Below are positions 28,901 to 39,763 of a DNA stretch of 57,135 nt, piece after piece; the stretch's first letter is position 1, and the number at the start of each line of letters is the position of its first letter. The DNA comes from an uncultured bacterium (GTDB taxonomy: Bacteria > Latescibacterota > Latescibacteria > Latescibacterales > Latescibacteraceae). The stretch spans positions 1 through 57,135 of the forward strand of contig CAYWBT010000002.1 in NCBI GenBank assembly GCA_964456585.1. The letters run 5' to 3'. The notes below the pieces were generated by a model, which was given only the letters and a program-made list of their open reading frames with translations, made no database searches and was not told the origin of the DNA. The translations under genes were made by a program, and so were the position numbers.

Positions 28901-30673
28901 ACTGAGCAGATATCGCGCATCGGCGCGCCGTTCGCCATTACCGTGATCGGTGGTCTTGCGCTGAGTACGTTGTTTACGCTGGTCTTTATCCCGACCGTCT
29001 ACTCGGGGATGGAGATGGCGATCGACTGGCTGCGGAATCTCTCCTGGAAAATGAAGCTTCTCCAGGTCTTCCTGTTTATAACCGGCGGCCTGCTCGTCTA
29101 TCTCTATATCGAGAGTGTACTCTGGCAGTTTGCCTACCTGTTCTTCCTCGTGATGGCAGTCCCCGGCGGAACCTACTTTGTCATGAACAGCCTACGCCGT
29201 GCACAGAGTGATGTTGTCGGACAGGAGAAATCGCTCATCATCACCATCAGGCAAACCGTGAAGATATACGACAACTATAGCAGGTTCGTGCGCGAATGGA
29301 AGAAGGGGGAAAGGCTCGAGCGGCTCTACGGCCGGGTGAAAGATTATCGGTCATGGCGTGATTTTGCCGCGTTCCAGTGGCAGATCCCCCTCCTCGGATT
29401 TCTGGTTTATTTCACCTACTGGTATCTGGAGAGCAATTTCTGGCAGTTCGTTCTCTCGCTCGTGGCGTACTTCTACGTGTTTCTCCTGCTGATGCCGATC
29501 CGCAGGTACCTCGAAAATCGGGCCGACCAAACGGGCAGGGATATTCACCGCCGTGACGGTCAGCTCCTCTACCACCTCATCCTGTGGGGGGTTCCCGGTC
29601 TCAATCTGTGGTTTTTCTCCACCCGGAATTTCAAACCCGGTATACTGGCTTTTATCGCCATCGCCTGGGTCGCCACCCTTGGGATTTACACCATATCGAA
29701 CCGCCTCCATGCGGGCAGGGTCAACATTATGCGGCTGACCGGCCGATTAGCAAATCTCCGGAAAAATATCTACCGATTCGTGCTCTTCATCCCGGTGATC
29801 GGAAGAAAGAAAAATCCGTTCAACGCCCTCGATGGTGTCTCGCTCGAAATCGGAAGCGGCATGTTCGGTCTTCTGGGACCGAACGGCGCCGGTAAAACAA
29901 CCATAATGCGTATCATCTGCGGTATATTGAATCAGACGATGGGAACCATTTCTATCAACGAGAACGATTACCGCACGAAACGCGAAGAGCTCCAGGGTCT
30001 CATCGGCTACCTGCCGCAGGAATTCGGAACCTATGAAAATATGACTGCATACGAATTCCTTGACTACTTAGCGATCCTCAAAAGCATCTATGACAGTGAG
30101 AAACGGAAAAATATTGTGAACTACGTGCTTGAGTCAGTCCATCTCGACGACCATAAACATCAGAAGATCAACTCATTCTCGGGAGGCATGAAACAGCGGG
30201 TTGGTATCGCGCTGACCCTTCTCCACCTTCCCCGGATCCTCGTGGTGGATGAGCCGACTGCGGGACTCGACCCCCGAGAGCGCATTCGCTTCAGAAACCT
30301 GCTCGTCGAACTGAGCCGCGACAGGATCGTGATATTCTCCACCCACATTATCGAGGATATTTCCAGTTCCTGCAACAAGCTCGCCGTACTCAACCGCGGC
30401 GCCCTCTACTACATCGGCAAACCTGCCAAAATGATCGACTCCGCCAGGGGAAATGTCTGGCAGTTCGTCGTGAGCGAGCAAGAGTTCGGAACCTTGCGGC
30501 ATGAGATCAGAATCGTGCACCACATGAAGTTCGATAAGGGAATCAGGATTCGCTGCCTTGCCGAAACGAAACCGCATCCGGAAGCGATCACGGTCAATCC
30601 AACCCTGGAAGATGCCTACCTGTGGCTTCTTGGCGAAGTTCCCCAGGCTGTGCGAGCGGAGGATACGGTATGA
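25940..30673 (+). CDS. Single-ORF fusion: complete RND efflux permease, about 6 additional TM helices, and a C-terminal ABC transporter ATP-binding domain
   Basis: Uninterrupted ORF 25907..30673 with a likely ATG at 25940 (MKFIITRKVFISMLFIGVTLLGY...). RND core to about 29030 (GMLLDNSVVVLENI, GVVVNNGIILIDY). Hydrophobic hairpins from about 29040 to 29760. Then Walker A GLLGPNGAGKTT (29867-29902), LIGYLPQE, FSGGMKQR (30176-), ILVVDEPTAGLD, FSTH. Confidence 0.85.
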   Translation: MKFIITRKVFISMLFIGVTLLGYISYSQLPVELLPNAEVPFLIVMVNSTIDVDPDYLEKEAIIPLEGAVSTLEGIDEIESTIQSQRGTIYVYYNQNVEIKYAYLKLQERVNEIKSSISEEFRINVVKIDTERLSNQFMTLQVRGSGGQERIRSIVDEKVSPELQSIDGIANVEIVGGNVRALEIILDEDAYSQYNITPARIRSLISQNTQSKTFLGWAGENDRRYVVNLLTEYTDVSNIEDIIVVPEGPILLKDIADINFGQKEQESISRVNGMEAVSISLVRDSQTNLIELSHTTVVRISELNERLASQDIEIVIQTNTAADVEENINLIIELALIGGALAVVILWFFLRNLRLVLIMMLAIPISVFTAFNFFYAFGISLNSFTLVGIALAVGMLLDNSVVVLENIYRLVENRKDSDTAVIQGTREVWRAILAATLTTITVFLPFVFSTNYLVRLIGRHVGVSIISTLLVSLVVALLLVPMATHFFLKRRPRERSFKFHRISQRNRLVQIYTLLLKTAMRYPAQTIIGAVVAFFASILICMSLSMTVPSEIDLTEFNLYVTMSRGSTLEMTDTIVADFEEKISGIEEIKDIVCTIYDEEANITVILKDDFESIANRTIAQIKNEIEEQADNFRAADISMSEPQSSRRFGGGMRSNPMASLERMFGIGSPQEKVVVKGNDFGMIRTVAEDVKYYIDNLESINNEARLSISGNRPEIHLLFDNQLLSLYDISLNNIAAELSSFQRESTTNMKFKQGTEEYDIIIKTNEPEEEKTFADLKELPVPDRAGAPHVLENVSRIIYSYGTSEITRINQEKQVEVSFSFLEDITDSKTLLGESREEVEDLIASIALPPGVAVELVHDETEYNEFYYLIAAAFILIYMILASVFESLSTPVVMMFTIPLAAIGAFWALIFTGNSIFNANSLIGLLILLGVVVNNGIILIDYTRILRVRGLGRTRALMMAGQARVRPILITTITTIFAMLPLAMGNTEQISRIGAPFAITVIGGLALSTLFTLVFIPTVYSGMEMAIDWLRNLSWKMKLLQVFLFITGGLLVYLYIESVLWQFAYLFFLVMAVPGGTYFVMNSLRRAQSDVVGQEKSLIITIRQTVKIYDNYSRFVREWKKGERLERLYGRVKDYRSWRDFAAFQWQIPLLGFLVYFTYWYLESNFWQFVLSLVAYFYVFLLLMPIRRYLENRADQTGRDIHRRDGQLLYHLILWGVPGLNLWFFSTRNFKPGILAFIAIAWVATLGIYTISNRLHAGRVNIMRLTGRLANLRKNIYRFVLFIPVIGRKKNPFNALDGVSLEIGSGMFGLLGPNGAGKTTIMRIICGILNQTMGTISINENDYRTKREELQGLIGYLPQEFGTYENMTAYEFLDYLAILKSIYDSEKRKNIVNYVLESVHLDDHKHQKINSFSGGMKQRVGIALTLLHLPRILVVDEPTAGLDPRERIRFRNLLVELSRDRIVIFSTHIIEDISSSCNKLAVLNRGALYYIGKPAKMIDSARGNVWQFVVSEQEFGTLRHEIRIVHHMKFDKGIRIRCLAETKPHPEAITVNPTLEDAYLWLLGEVPQAVRAEDTV

Positions 30674-31401
30674 ACATGAAAACGTTTTCCCATCACGCGA
30701 CCAACATTCTGCAGGTGACATTCAAACTGTTCAGGTACAACGTGAAGGTTATCTTCGCCAACAAGTTCCCTTATTTCCTCACCGCCGCTGTCGTGATATT
30801 TCTTGGGGTAACCCTCATGAACCTGCTGAGCGCCAACGCTGATCCAAGCGAAGCGACCGGGTACTGGCTCCTGCTCGTGCCGGGTATCCTGCTCGTTTTC
30901 TACCCGACGACCTTCGGAATCCAGAACGACATCGATACCCGCATGATCGAAATACTGTTCGGTATTCCTAACTACCGCTACAAGGTATGGCTGGTGCGTT
31001 TGTTCCTGATATTTCTGGTTGCCGTCGTTATCCTGACTGTGCTCGCCGTAGTACTCTCCTACATCCTCATCGACATTCCGGTCACGAAGATGATCATTCA
31101 ACTCATGTTTCCGGTTTGCTTTATCGGCAGCCTTGCCTTCATGTTCTCGACGATCATCCGGAACGGCAACGGCACTGCCGTGGTGATGGTGCTCATCGGC
31201 ATGGTGTTCTGGTTTTCACAGGGACAGATCAGCCTCAGCGAATGGAACCTCCTCCTCAATCCATTCGGTACGCCGGAAAACGTCCTCCAGACGGCATGGG
31301 AGGAAACCATCTTCAACAACAGGATATACCTTCTGGTGGGTTCGGTGATCGCGATGCTCTGGGGACTGCTCAACCTCCAGAAACGCGAACGGTTTATCTG
31401 A
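30670..31401 (+). CDS. ABC-2 type transporter permease (6 TM)
   Basis: ORF 30622..31401. The ATG at 30670 overlaps the upstream TGA (ATGA). About six hydrophobic segments, and its size is typical of ABC-2 permeases. Confidence 0.7.
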   Translation: MNMKTFSHHATNILQVTFKLFRYNVKVIFANKFPYFLTAAVVIFLGVTLMNLLSANADPSEATGYWLLLVPGILLVFYPTTFGIQNDIDTRMIEILFGIPNYRYKVWLVRLFLIFLVAVVILTVLAVVLSYILIDIPVTKMIIQLMFPVCFIGSLAFMFSTIIRNGNGTAVVMVLIGMVFWFSQGQISLSEWNLLLNPFGTPENVLQTAWEETIFNNRIYLLVGSVIAMLWGLLNLQKRERFI

Positions 31402-31552
31402 TGCGATGTATGGTATGGGAAAGAGACAATCGTCCCTGAAAACGGTGCGTTAGAGGGGAATGCCCCGAGGTTATGCACTTGGGAGGTTGACGATTGTACT
31501 CTTTTCAAGGGGGCTGGTGGAGTGCTCACGGGATGAGATTACCACAAACGCC

Positions 31553-34074
<2,522 letters not shown>

Positions 34075-34117
34075 GACTTCACCATATTTCTGTACAGGTT
34101 TCGTGCGTTTGTGATAG

Positions 34118-35545
34118 TTAGTGACGGAAACTGAGCGTTTTAGCAGTCTCTGCTTCTTCCGGATTGCGAAACGGCGTTAACTGCGCCTCGACAAAATCCG
34201 GGTCTCCCGGCTTGACATCATCATACCAGTAGAGGGGGATGTTGCATTGACCGACCAGCCACTCCTGAAGCGACATGATGTATTCCTGATTCGCGAGCAC
34301 TTCATGGGTGTTGATCATGTTCCCGGCACAGAACGCCGCAAATTCGCCCGCGCTCTCGCCGATTACCCACTCGACTGAACGTGCAGAATAGGCGCTCGAT
34401 GCAACGTATGTACAACCGATCGTCCTTCCCGCGGAAATATAGTTAGCAGATTCACGGGGCACCAGTGCGGTGAGTGGAATCTGGTATGGTTTCGTGGCGA
34501 CAATGACCGGTTCTCCCTCTGCTCCGGTTATCCTGATCGGGCTGTACCCGATACCGACCGACATGCGTGAGTATCGGGCGCGCGGCCCGCTCTGAAACGG
34601 TTCGGCAATATCCTCTTCGACGATCCTTTCAAACGATTTCATACGACGCGGTTCACGGGTTATCGCAACCACTCCCACTGAGTCTGCACCCGCCGGCCGC
34701 TTGTTGAGAAGAGCGATCTCTCCGAAGTCGGTTATGGTGTCGAGTACCCCGGCATCGTAGTAGTAATACGCGAAGGCACTGAGACTGTCGGCCTCATTGG
34801 CGGCATGCGGTTCGCCCGTATCTTCCCTGCTCTCACTGCCGATAACGCTCTCGATACCGACGAGGGGCAGCACATCCCCGGTCTCCGTGGCGTCGATGAA
34901 CATCCAGCCGGTCACCTGGTTGAGTACCTTGTTATCCAGGTCAACCACCTGCACGGACGCTGTTTTAAGATTGAATCTCGTGGCGCTGTATATTTTATGG
35001 CGTCTCAGTATGATCAGGTTTTCACGATCTACATACTTCTTGAGCATGCTGCGGATGACATCGATCGCCGCATCCGTCTCAAAGCAAAACCGATTCGTGT
35101 TGAAATCGCCGAGGTCGGCATACACCGGCGACATGAATTCCGGCTGGTCGAGAACCTTTTGCCGATACCACTCCCTGATCCGTTCGCGAAACTCGAGGTA
35201 GCGGGGCGATGACCCGGACGTTTCGACAAAGCGGTTATCGAGATATCGTGACGTATCCTGTTCGGTGAAACAGCCGCCGATGTGATCCGTTTCCTCGATG
35301 AGAATCGTCATACGTCCCGACGAACACGCGGCCAGTGCCGCCGCAATTCCTCCCAGACCGCCTCCCATGATGACAAAATCGGCCTCGTAAAAGTTCTCAT
35401 ACCGGGTTCGTTCTCCACGCAGCACCACCAGTTTCATGTGCTCACGATCGATGACACGGATTTCTTCAACCGCTTCCTCTCCGCAGCCACACAGTTGCGC
35501 GGCCATGAGAAAAACCGTCAGTATTCCTGCCTCCATGTTTTTCAT
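34118..35545 (-). CDS. FAD-dependent oxidoreductase, probable lipoprotein
   Basis: ORF 34118..35611. The ATG at 35545 gives MKNMEAGILTVFLMAAQLCGCG (lipobox). Dinucleotide-binding DFVIMGGGLGGIAAALAA. Confidence 0.6.
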   Translation of the reverse strand: MKNMEAGILTVFLMAAQLCGCGEEAVEEIRVIDREHMKLVVLRGERTRYENFYEADFVIMGGGLGGIAAALAACSSGRMTILIEETDHIGGCFTEQDTSRYLDNRFVETSGSSPRYLEFRERIREWYRQKVLDQPEFMSPVYADLGDFNTNRFCFETDAAIDVIRSMLKKYVDRENLIILRRHKIYSATRFNLKTASVQVVDLDNKVLNQVTGWMFIDATETGDVLPLVGIESVIGSESREDTGEPHAANEADSLSAFAYYYYDAGVLDTITDFGEIALLNKRPAGADSVGVVAITREPRRMKSFERIVEEDIAEPFQSGPRARYSRMSVGIGYSPIRITGAEGEPVIVATKPYQIPLTALVPRESANYISAGRTIGCTYVASSAYSARSVEWVIGESAGEFAAFCAGNMINTHEVLANQEYIMSLQEWLVGQCNIPLYWYDDVKPGDPDFVEAQLTPFRNPEEAETAKTLSFRH

Positions 35546-35731
35546 TCTATAACCATCTCTCCCCGGGATGTTTCTGTTACCTGCATGGTATTCCCCTGCC
35601 ACCACCACCACCGGCCAACTGACGGGATTCCAAAATCAATGTTCTCGAGCGGGCAGCACCCCTCTCTTAAAATTAGCAATCTCGCACTGAAACACAACTT
35701 TTTTTAGTGTTGTCAGACCGATTATCTTCCC

Positions 35732-36913
35732 TTACGCTGTTCCCCCGATCGGCTCAACGATGAACGCTGTATGAACATCCAACTCCCTCGTAAGAATCAC
35801 TGTGGCGCTCGCCGCTCCCCGGAGGCGGAGTTTCGCGATGACCTCTTCCGGGAGCATCGGGAAACCGCGCTTCTTCACCGTGATATTGCCCACGTTCATA
35901 TCGTTCAGCGTCTGTTCCAACCTCCTGAGGTTGAATTTCATCGATGCCACCGTTCGAAATGCCCGGAAAAACGGATCGTCGACGAAATCGTCTGCGGTCA
36001 TGTAGGCAATGTCTCTGCTGATGAGACTCATCCCGAGGCTCGCTGCTTTTCTTCCGAGGAGTTCAGACCTGATCAGCGCCGGATCGGGTTCATACAGGTA
36101 TGCGCCGGCTGGAGTAATCGGCGGTTCCCCAACAGGCAGTTCATGATCGCAGAGGCTGACTCCCCGGTGAAGCAAGGTGACCGATATCTCTGCCCGCGGG
36201 AAATCACCCGTCCATGCCACTGCTTCCTTGAGTCCTTCTGCGGTGGATATCCACTCGAGTTCGTGGGAAAATGAGAGGGTGCTTCTGGTGGTGGAGGGTG
36301 GAAGTTTCACCGCACCGCGGGGAACCATGCGCAGTATCTTTTCAACCGTACGAAGAGGCGGCTCCATGTCGTAGAGGCTTCGTGTCCTCTTCGAGCCCCG
36401 GCGTCGCGAGGGATCGATAAAGACTGCATCGAAATTTTGCAGGTTTGCCACCTGTTCACCAACATCCTCTTCAATCATCCGCACCGTGATACCATGAACC
36501 GCGAGATTCTCACGGCAGAACAGGCTCCTGACCGGATCGCGCTCGTAACAGGTGAGGTGTGTAACCACCTTGCCGAGAGCAATCGAGTCACCCCCGATTC
36601 CCGCACACAGATCGCAGACGCTCTCCAGCCCGGAGAAGCGTTCCGCCCGGTGTGCGGCAACATTCTCGCCGGTTGCCTGTTCGAGGGACTCACGGGTGAA
36701 GTACATATCCCGTGCTCGCGTAAACTTTCGCACTCCCAGCCTGCGCGCGTCGGCCAGTTCCATTGCAGCGGCGAGGAATGCCGGGTCGATGTCCGTGTAG
36801 TGTTTCCTGAGACGTGTCCCAATCGTGAGCGTATCTCCGGTTCCCTCCCCGATGGAGGACAGAACGGTTCTTCCCGCATCGGAGAGCAGAAAGTGTGCGG
36901 CACGGTCATCCAT
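35732..36913 (-). CDS. Class I SAM-dependent methyltransferase (THUMP-like C-terminal domain type)
   Basis: SAM motif I VCDLCAGIGGDSIALG, followed by AVFIDPSRR. The fold assignment is by eye only. Confidence 0.55.
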   Translation of the reverse strand: MDDRAAHFLLSDAGRTVLSSIGEGTGDTLTIGTRLRKHYTDIDPAFLAAAMELADARRLGVRKFTRARDMYFTRESLEQATGENVAAHRAERFSGLESVCDLCAGIGGDSIALGKVVTHLTCYERDPVRSLFCRENLAVHGITVRMIEEDVGEQVANLQNFDAVFIDPSRRRGSKRTRSLYDMEPPLRTVEKILRMVPRGAVKLPPSTTRSTLSFSHELEWISTAEGLKEAVAWTGDFPRAEISVTLLHRGVSLCDHELPVGEPPITPAGAYLYEPDPALIRSELLGRKAASLGMSLISRDIAYMTADDFVDDPFFRAFRTVASMKFNLRRLEQTLNDMNVGNITVKKRGFPMLPEEVIAKLRLRGAASATVILTRELDVHTAFIVEPIGGTA

Positions 36914-37047
36914 CTTCGCTAGTTTCTCCCATGAGTTACGAAAGCAAGGGGCGTCTTTCTCACTGCGGTATTCGGGAAATATATGCAGTGCCGGTATGGC
37001 GAAGCACCGATAGGAATGAGCGCGATGTCGCCGTCAGACCCTTCAAG

Positions 37048-38400
37048 TCAGGGCAGTTCGAGAAGAAGCACCGTCTCGATATGAGGGGTATGCGGTGACA
37101 TATCAAACACGGCGGCGTTCGTGATGTTGTACCCGGCCATGAACAGCATCTCGAGGTCGTTCGGCATAGCCTTGATATTGCAGGATACATACACCATGCG
37201 CGGAATCCTCATGCGCACCAGCTGATGCAAAACCTTCGGGTGGATACCTGCCCGCGGGGGATCGCACACCACGACATCGAATCCGTCCATGGACTCGTGA
37301 ATGATCTTTTCCGCCTTTCCCGCGATAAACATGATATTCTCGATACCATTGATTTCGGCGTTTTTTTGTGCATCCCGCACCGCATCTTCGACCATCTCGA
37401 CGCCGGTCACCCTCCCGGCTTTTTCCGCAAGATAGATGCCGATCGAACCGGTGCCGCAGTACAAATCGAGGAGATGCTCGCTACCCGACAACTTGCAGAA
37501 ATCGACGATGGTCCTATAGAGGTTTTCGCATTGGTGCGGATTGGTCTGGAAAAACGAATCGGGCGAGATGATGTAGGTAAACGGACCGATCTTCTCCCGG
37601 ATACTACCATTTCCGTACAGGACAACACGCTCTTCCCCCACCGCAACACTTCCCGTGCTGCGATTAATACTCCACACAATCGTTGATACTTCCGGCACTT
37701 CGTCGAGCAACACACGGCAATACTCGTCCCGAAGATCGAACGCCTCCCCGGAGGTTACCAGGTTAACCATAACATCACCGGTGTTCTTGCCCTCGCGCAC
37801 CACGAGGAAGCGGAGCAAACCGATGTGCGATTTCAATCCGTATGCTGTCAGACCGTGCTTGACTGCAAAATCTCTCGTTGCGGTAATCACACGGTTCGAT
37901 ACCGGGGACTCGAGACGGCAGGCGGTAACAGTAAAGACACGGTCATACCTTCCAAACTCATGCAGCCCCAGCTTGAAGTCGTCTGTTCCCGGGCGACAGT
38001 CGAAGGAAAATTCCATCTTGTTGCGATAGTACACAATATCGGGGGAAGGCACAAACGATAGTTGTTTCAAGGGATTGATACCGGGTATGCCGTTGAGGGT
38101 TTCACGTACCAGTTCCGCCTTCAACGTGCACTGAACCTCGTAGGGGACGTCCTGCCATCGGCATCCGCCACACCGGGGAAAATGGGGACACTCCGCGCAG
38201 GTGCGTTCGATCCCGTGGGAGATAAACGACTCGAGCCTGACACGCGCCGAGTAACGCTTGAGTGCTTGAACCCTCACCTCGACTTCATCTCCGGGCAGGG
38301 CACCCCTCACCGACACAACACGCCCGTCAACCTCGGCCATTCCGCTGCCGTCCGGTGCAAGGTTCTCTATAGTGATTCTGATAATATCGCCTTTTTTCAT
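37048..38400 (-). CDS. rlmD: 23S rRNA (uracil-5-)-methyltransferase RlmD/RumA family (TRAM + Fe-S + MTase)
   Basis: ORF 37048..38520. The ATG at 38400 overlaps the upstream stop (ATGA) and gives the TRAM start MKKGDIIRITIENLAPDGSGMAEVDGRVVSVRGALPGDEV. Fe-S Cys motif CPHFPRCGGCRWQ. MTase motifs DLYCGTGSIG and VVCDPPRAG. Confidence 0.85.
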   Translation of the reverse strand: MKKGDIIRITIENLAPDGSGMAEVDGRVVSVRGALPGDEVEVRVQALKRYSARVRLESFISHGIERTCAECPHFPRCGGCRWQDVPYEVQCTLKAELVRETLNGIPGINPLKQLSFVPSPDIVYYRNKMEFSFDCRPGTDDFKLGLHEFGRYDRVFTVTACRLESPVSNRVITATRDFAVKHGLTAYGLKSHIGLLRFLVVREGKNTGDVMVNLVTSGEAFDLRDEYCRVLLDEVPEVSTIVWSINRSTGSVAVGEERVVLYGNGSIREKIGPFTYIISPDSFFQTNPHQCENLYRTIVDFCKLSGSEHLLDLYCGTGSIGIYLAEKAGRVTGVEMVEDAVRDAQKNAEINGIENIMFIAGKAEKIIHESMDGFDVVVCDPPRAGIHPKVLHQLVRMRIPRMVYVSCNIKAMPNDLEMLFMAGYNITNAAVFDMSPHTPHIETVLLLELP

Positions 38401-39638
38401 TGCAGTCCAAAGTGCGGGTTGAGTACACCCGCAGGATCGAGTTCTCCCTTTAGTGAGCGGGCAAACGCAAGTGTCGGTCGATCGAACAGTTGATCGATCC
38501 CCTTTACCGTGGTATACCACGCGACAGGATGCTTGCCGCCGAGAGCAAGCGCTATGGTGGTAATTCTGTCCATCGTATCACGATCATGACACCTGACATG
38601 AAACCTGCCGAGCTGCGGGTGGCCGATGATCGGGAGATCGGGAGAGATCGCACTGATCCGTTCCAGAAACGACGGTACGGAAACCCGCGGCACGGAGATG
38701 ATGTACAATCCATGGCCCGCCATCTTGGCAGCCGCCTTACGGCGTTTTTTCCAGAAGGTTTTGTAGCTCTTACAAACAACCGTTTCGGCACCGTCTGCCA
38801 CAAGCAGTTCTGCCAAACGTCCGCTTTCCCTCCGTACGAGGGACTTCATTCCCTCGAATCCGACACCGATCATGACCGCACCAGCTAAACCATCGAGCGC
38901 CACCAATTCGAAGCGTTTCACCTCTCCGAAGTCTGCGAGTACCCTCGATACCGCGCGGCACGCTCCCGCATGGTTGAAAAAGTGCGCCATCACCATGATC
39001 CTGGATTCCGGGAAGACCCGTACTTTCAGAATCAACTCCACCGCAATGGCAAAGAGCCCCCGTGTTCCCGCAAGGAAGCGGGTAACATCATACCCGGTCA
39101 CATTCTTAGCGGTTCGTCCGCCGAAGGTGACCACATCACCGCTGGCGGTCAGACAGCTAACTCCGAGAACCGACTCACGAAACGGACCGTAGCCGGTTTC
39201 CCCGGGCGCCACCGCATCGGTCATGTACGCTCCCCCGATGGTTGCACTGTCGCCGGAGGTTATGTCCAGGGGCAGGTACAATCCCGATTCCTCGGCGGCA
39301 GCGGCGGCATCGTCCACGACAACGCCCGCCTGAACCACCATAAGGAAATCATCGGGATGAACCTCCTTAATCCGCGCAAGATTCCTGGTAGAAATGGAGA
39401 TCGTATCGCCCGAAACTTCGGGAGTCGGGAAGGTGCCGCCTCCAAAAAGGCGGACTGGGTACTTTTCAGTACTGATGCGGTGAACGAGTTCGCGCAGTGC
39501 CGCCTCGCTTGAGGGCGAGAAAACCGGCGGATCGGAAGAGGTTTCCACATACCGTGAGCCGATGATTCTTTCGCATTCCTTGAGAAATTGCCCGTTCATT
39601 TTCCAGATCTTTGCGGGGACAGTGGATACCAATCCCAT
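38397..39638 (-). CDS. FAD-linked oxidase (FAD_binding_4; GlcD/GlcE-like)
   Basis: PVRLFGGGT....ISTRNLARIKEVHPDDFLMVVQAGVVVDD and SATIGGAY are typical of the vanillyl-alcohol-oxidase/GlcD-type FAD domain. Confidence 0.65.
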   Translation of the reverse strand: MGLVSTVPAKIWKMNGQFLKECERIIGSRYVETSSDPPVFSPSSEAALRELVHRISTEKYPVRLFGGGTFPTPEVSGDTISISTRNLARIKEVHPDDFLMVVQAGVVVDDAAAAAEESGLYLPLDITSGDSATIGGAYMTDAVAPGETGYGPFRESVLGVSCLTASGDVVTFGGRTAKNVTGYDVTRFLAGTRGLFAIAVELILKVRVFPESRIMVMAHFFNHAGACRAVSRVLADFGEVKRFELVALDGLAGAVMIGVGFEGMKSLVRRESGRLAELLVADGAETVVCKSYKTFWKKRRKAAAKMAGHGLYIISVPRVSVPSFLERISAISPDLPIIGHPQLGRFHVRCHDRDTMDRITTIALALGGKHPVAWYTTVKGIDQLFDRPTLAFARSLKGELDPAGVLNPHFGLQ

Positions 39639-39763
39639 CCGTCCCGCATGTAATAGGTGCCTGGCAGTATTAACAGGGGCGGGTTCATCAGCCCTTCAGA
39701 CGTGACCGTGCCTGTATGATTTCTGTGCCAAAGAAGTATGTCATCCCGTTGTAACAGCGTCGT

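Noticed and set aside
25907-30673. Possibility that the RND::ABC fusion is an artefact of a missed stop or frameshift
   Set aside because: This is not fully excluded without reads, but I did not adopt it as the default. The frame is continuous. The linker encodes coherent hydrophobic hairpins rather than junk, and the even TM count preserves a cytoplasmic NBD. The downstream permease is ATGA-coupled to the fused ORF's stop.
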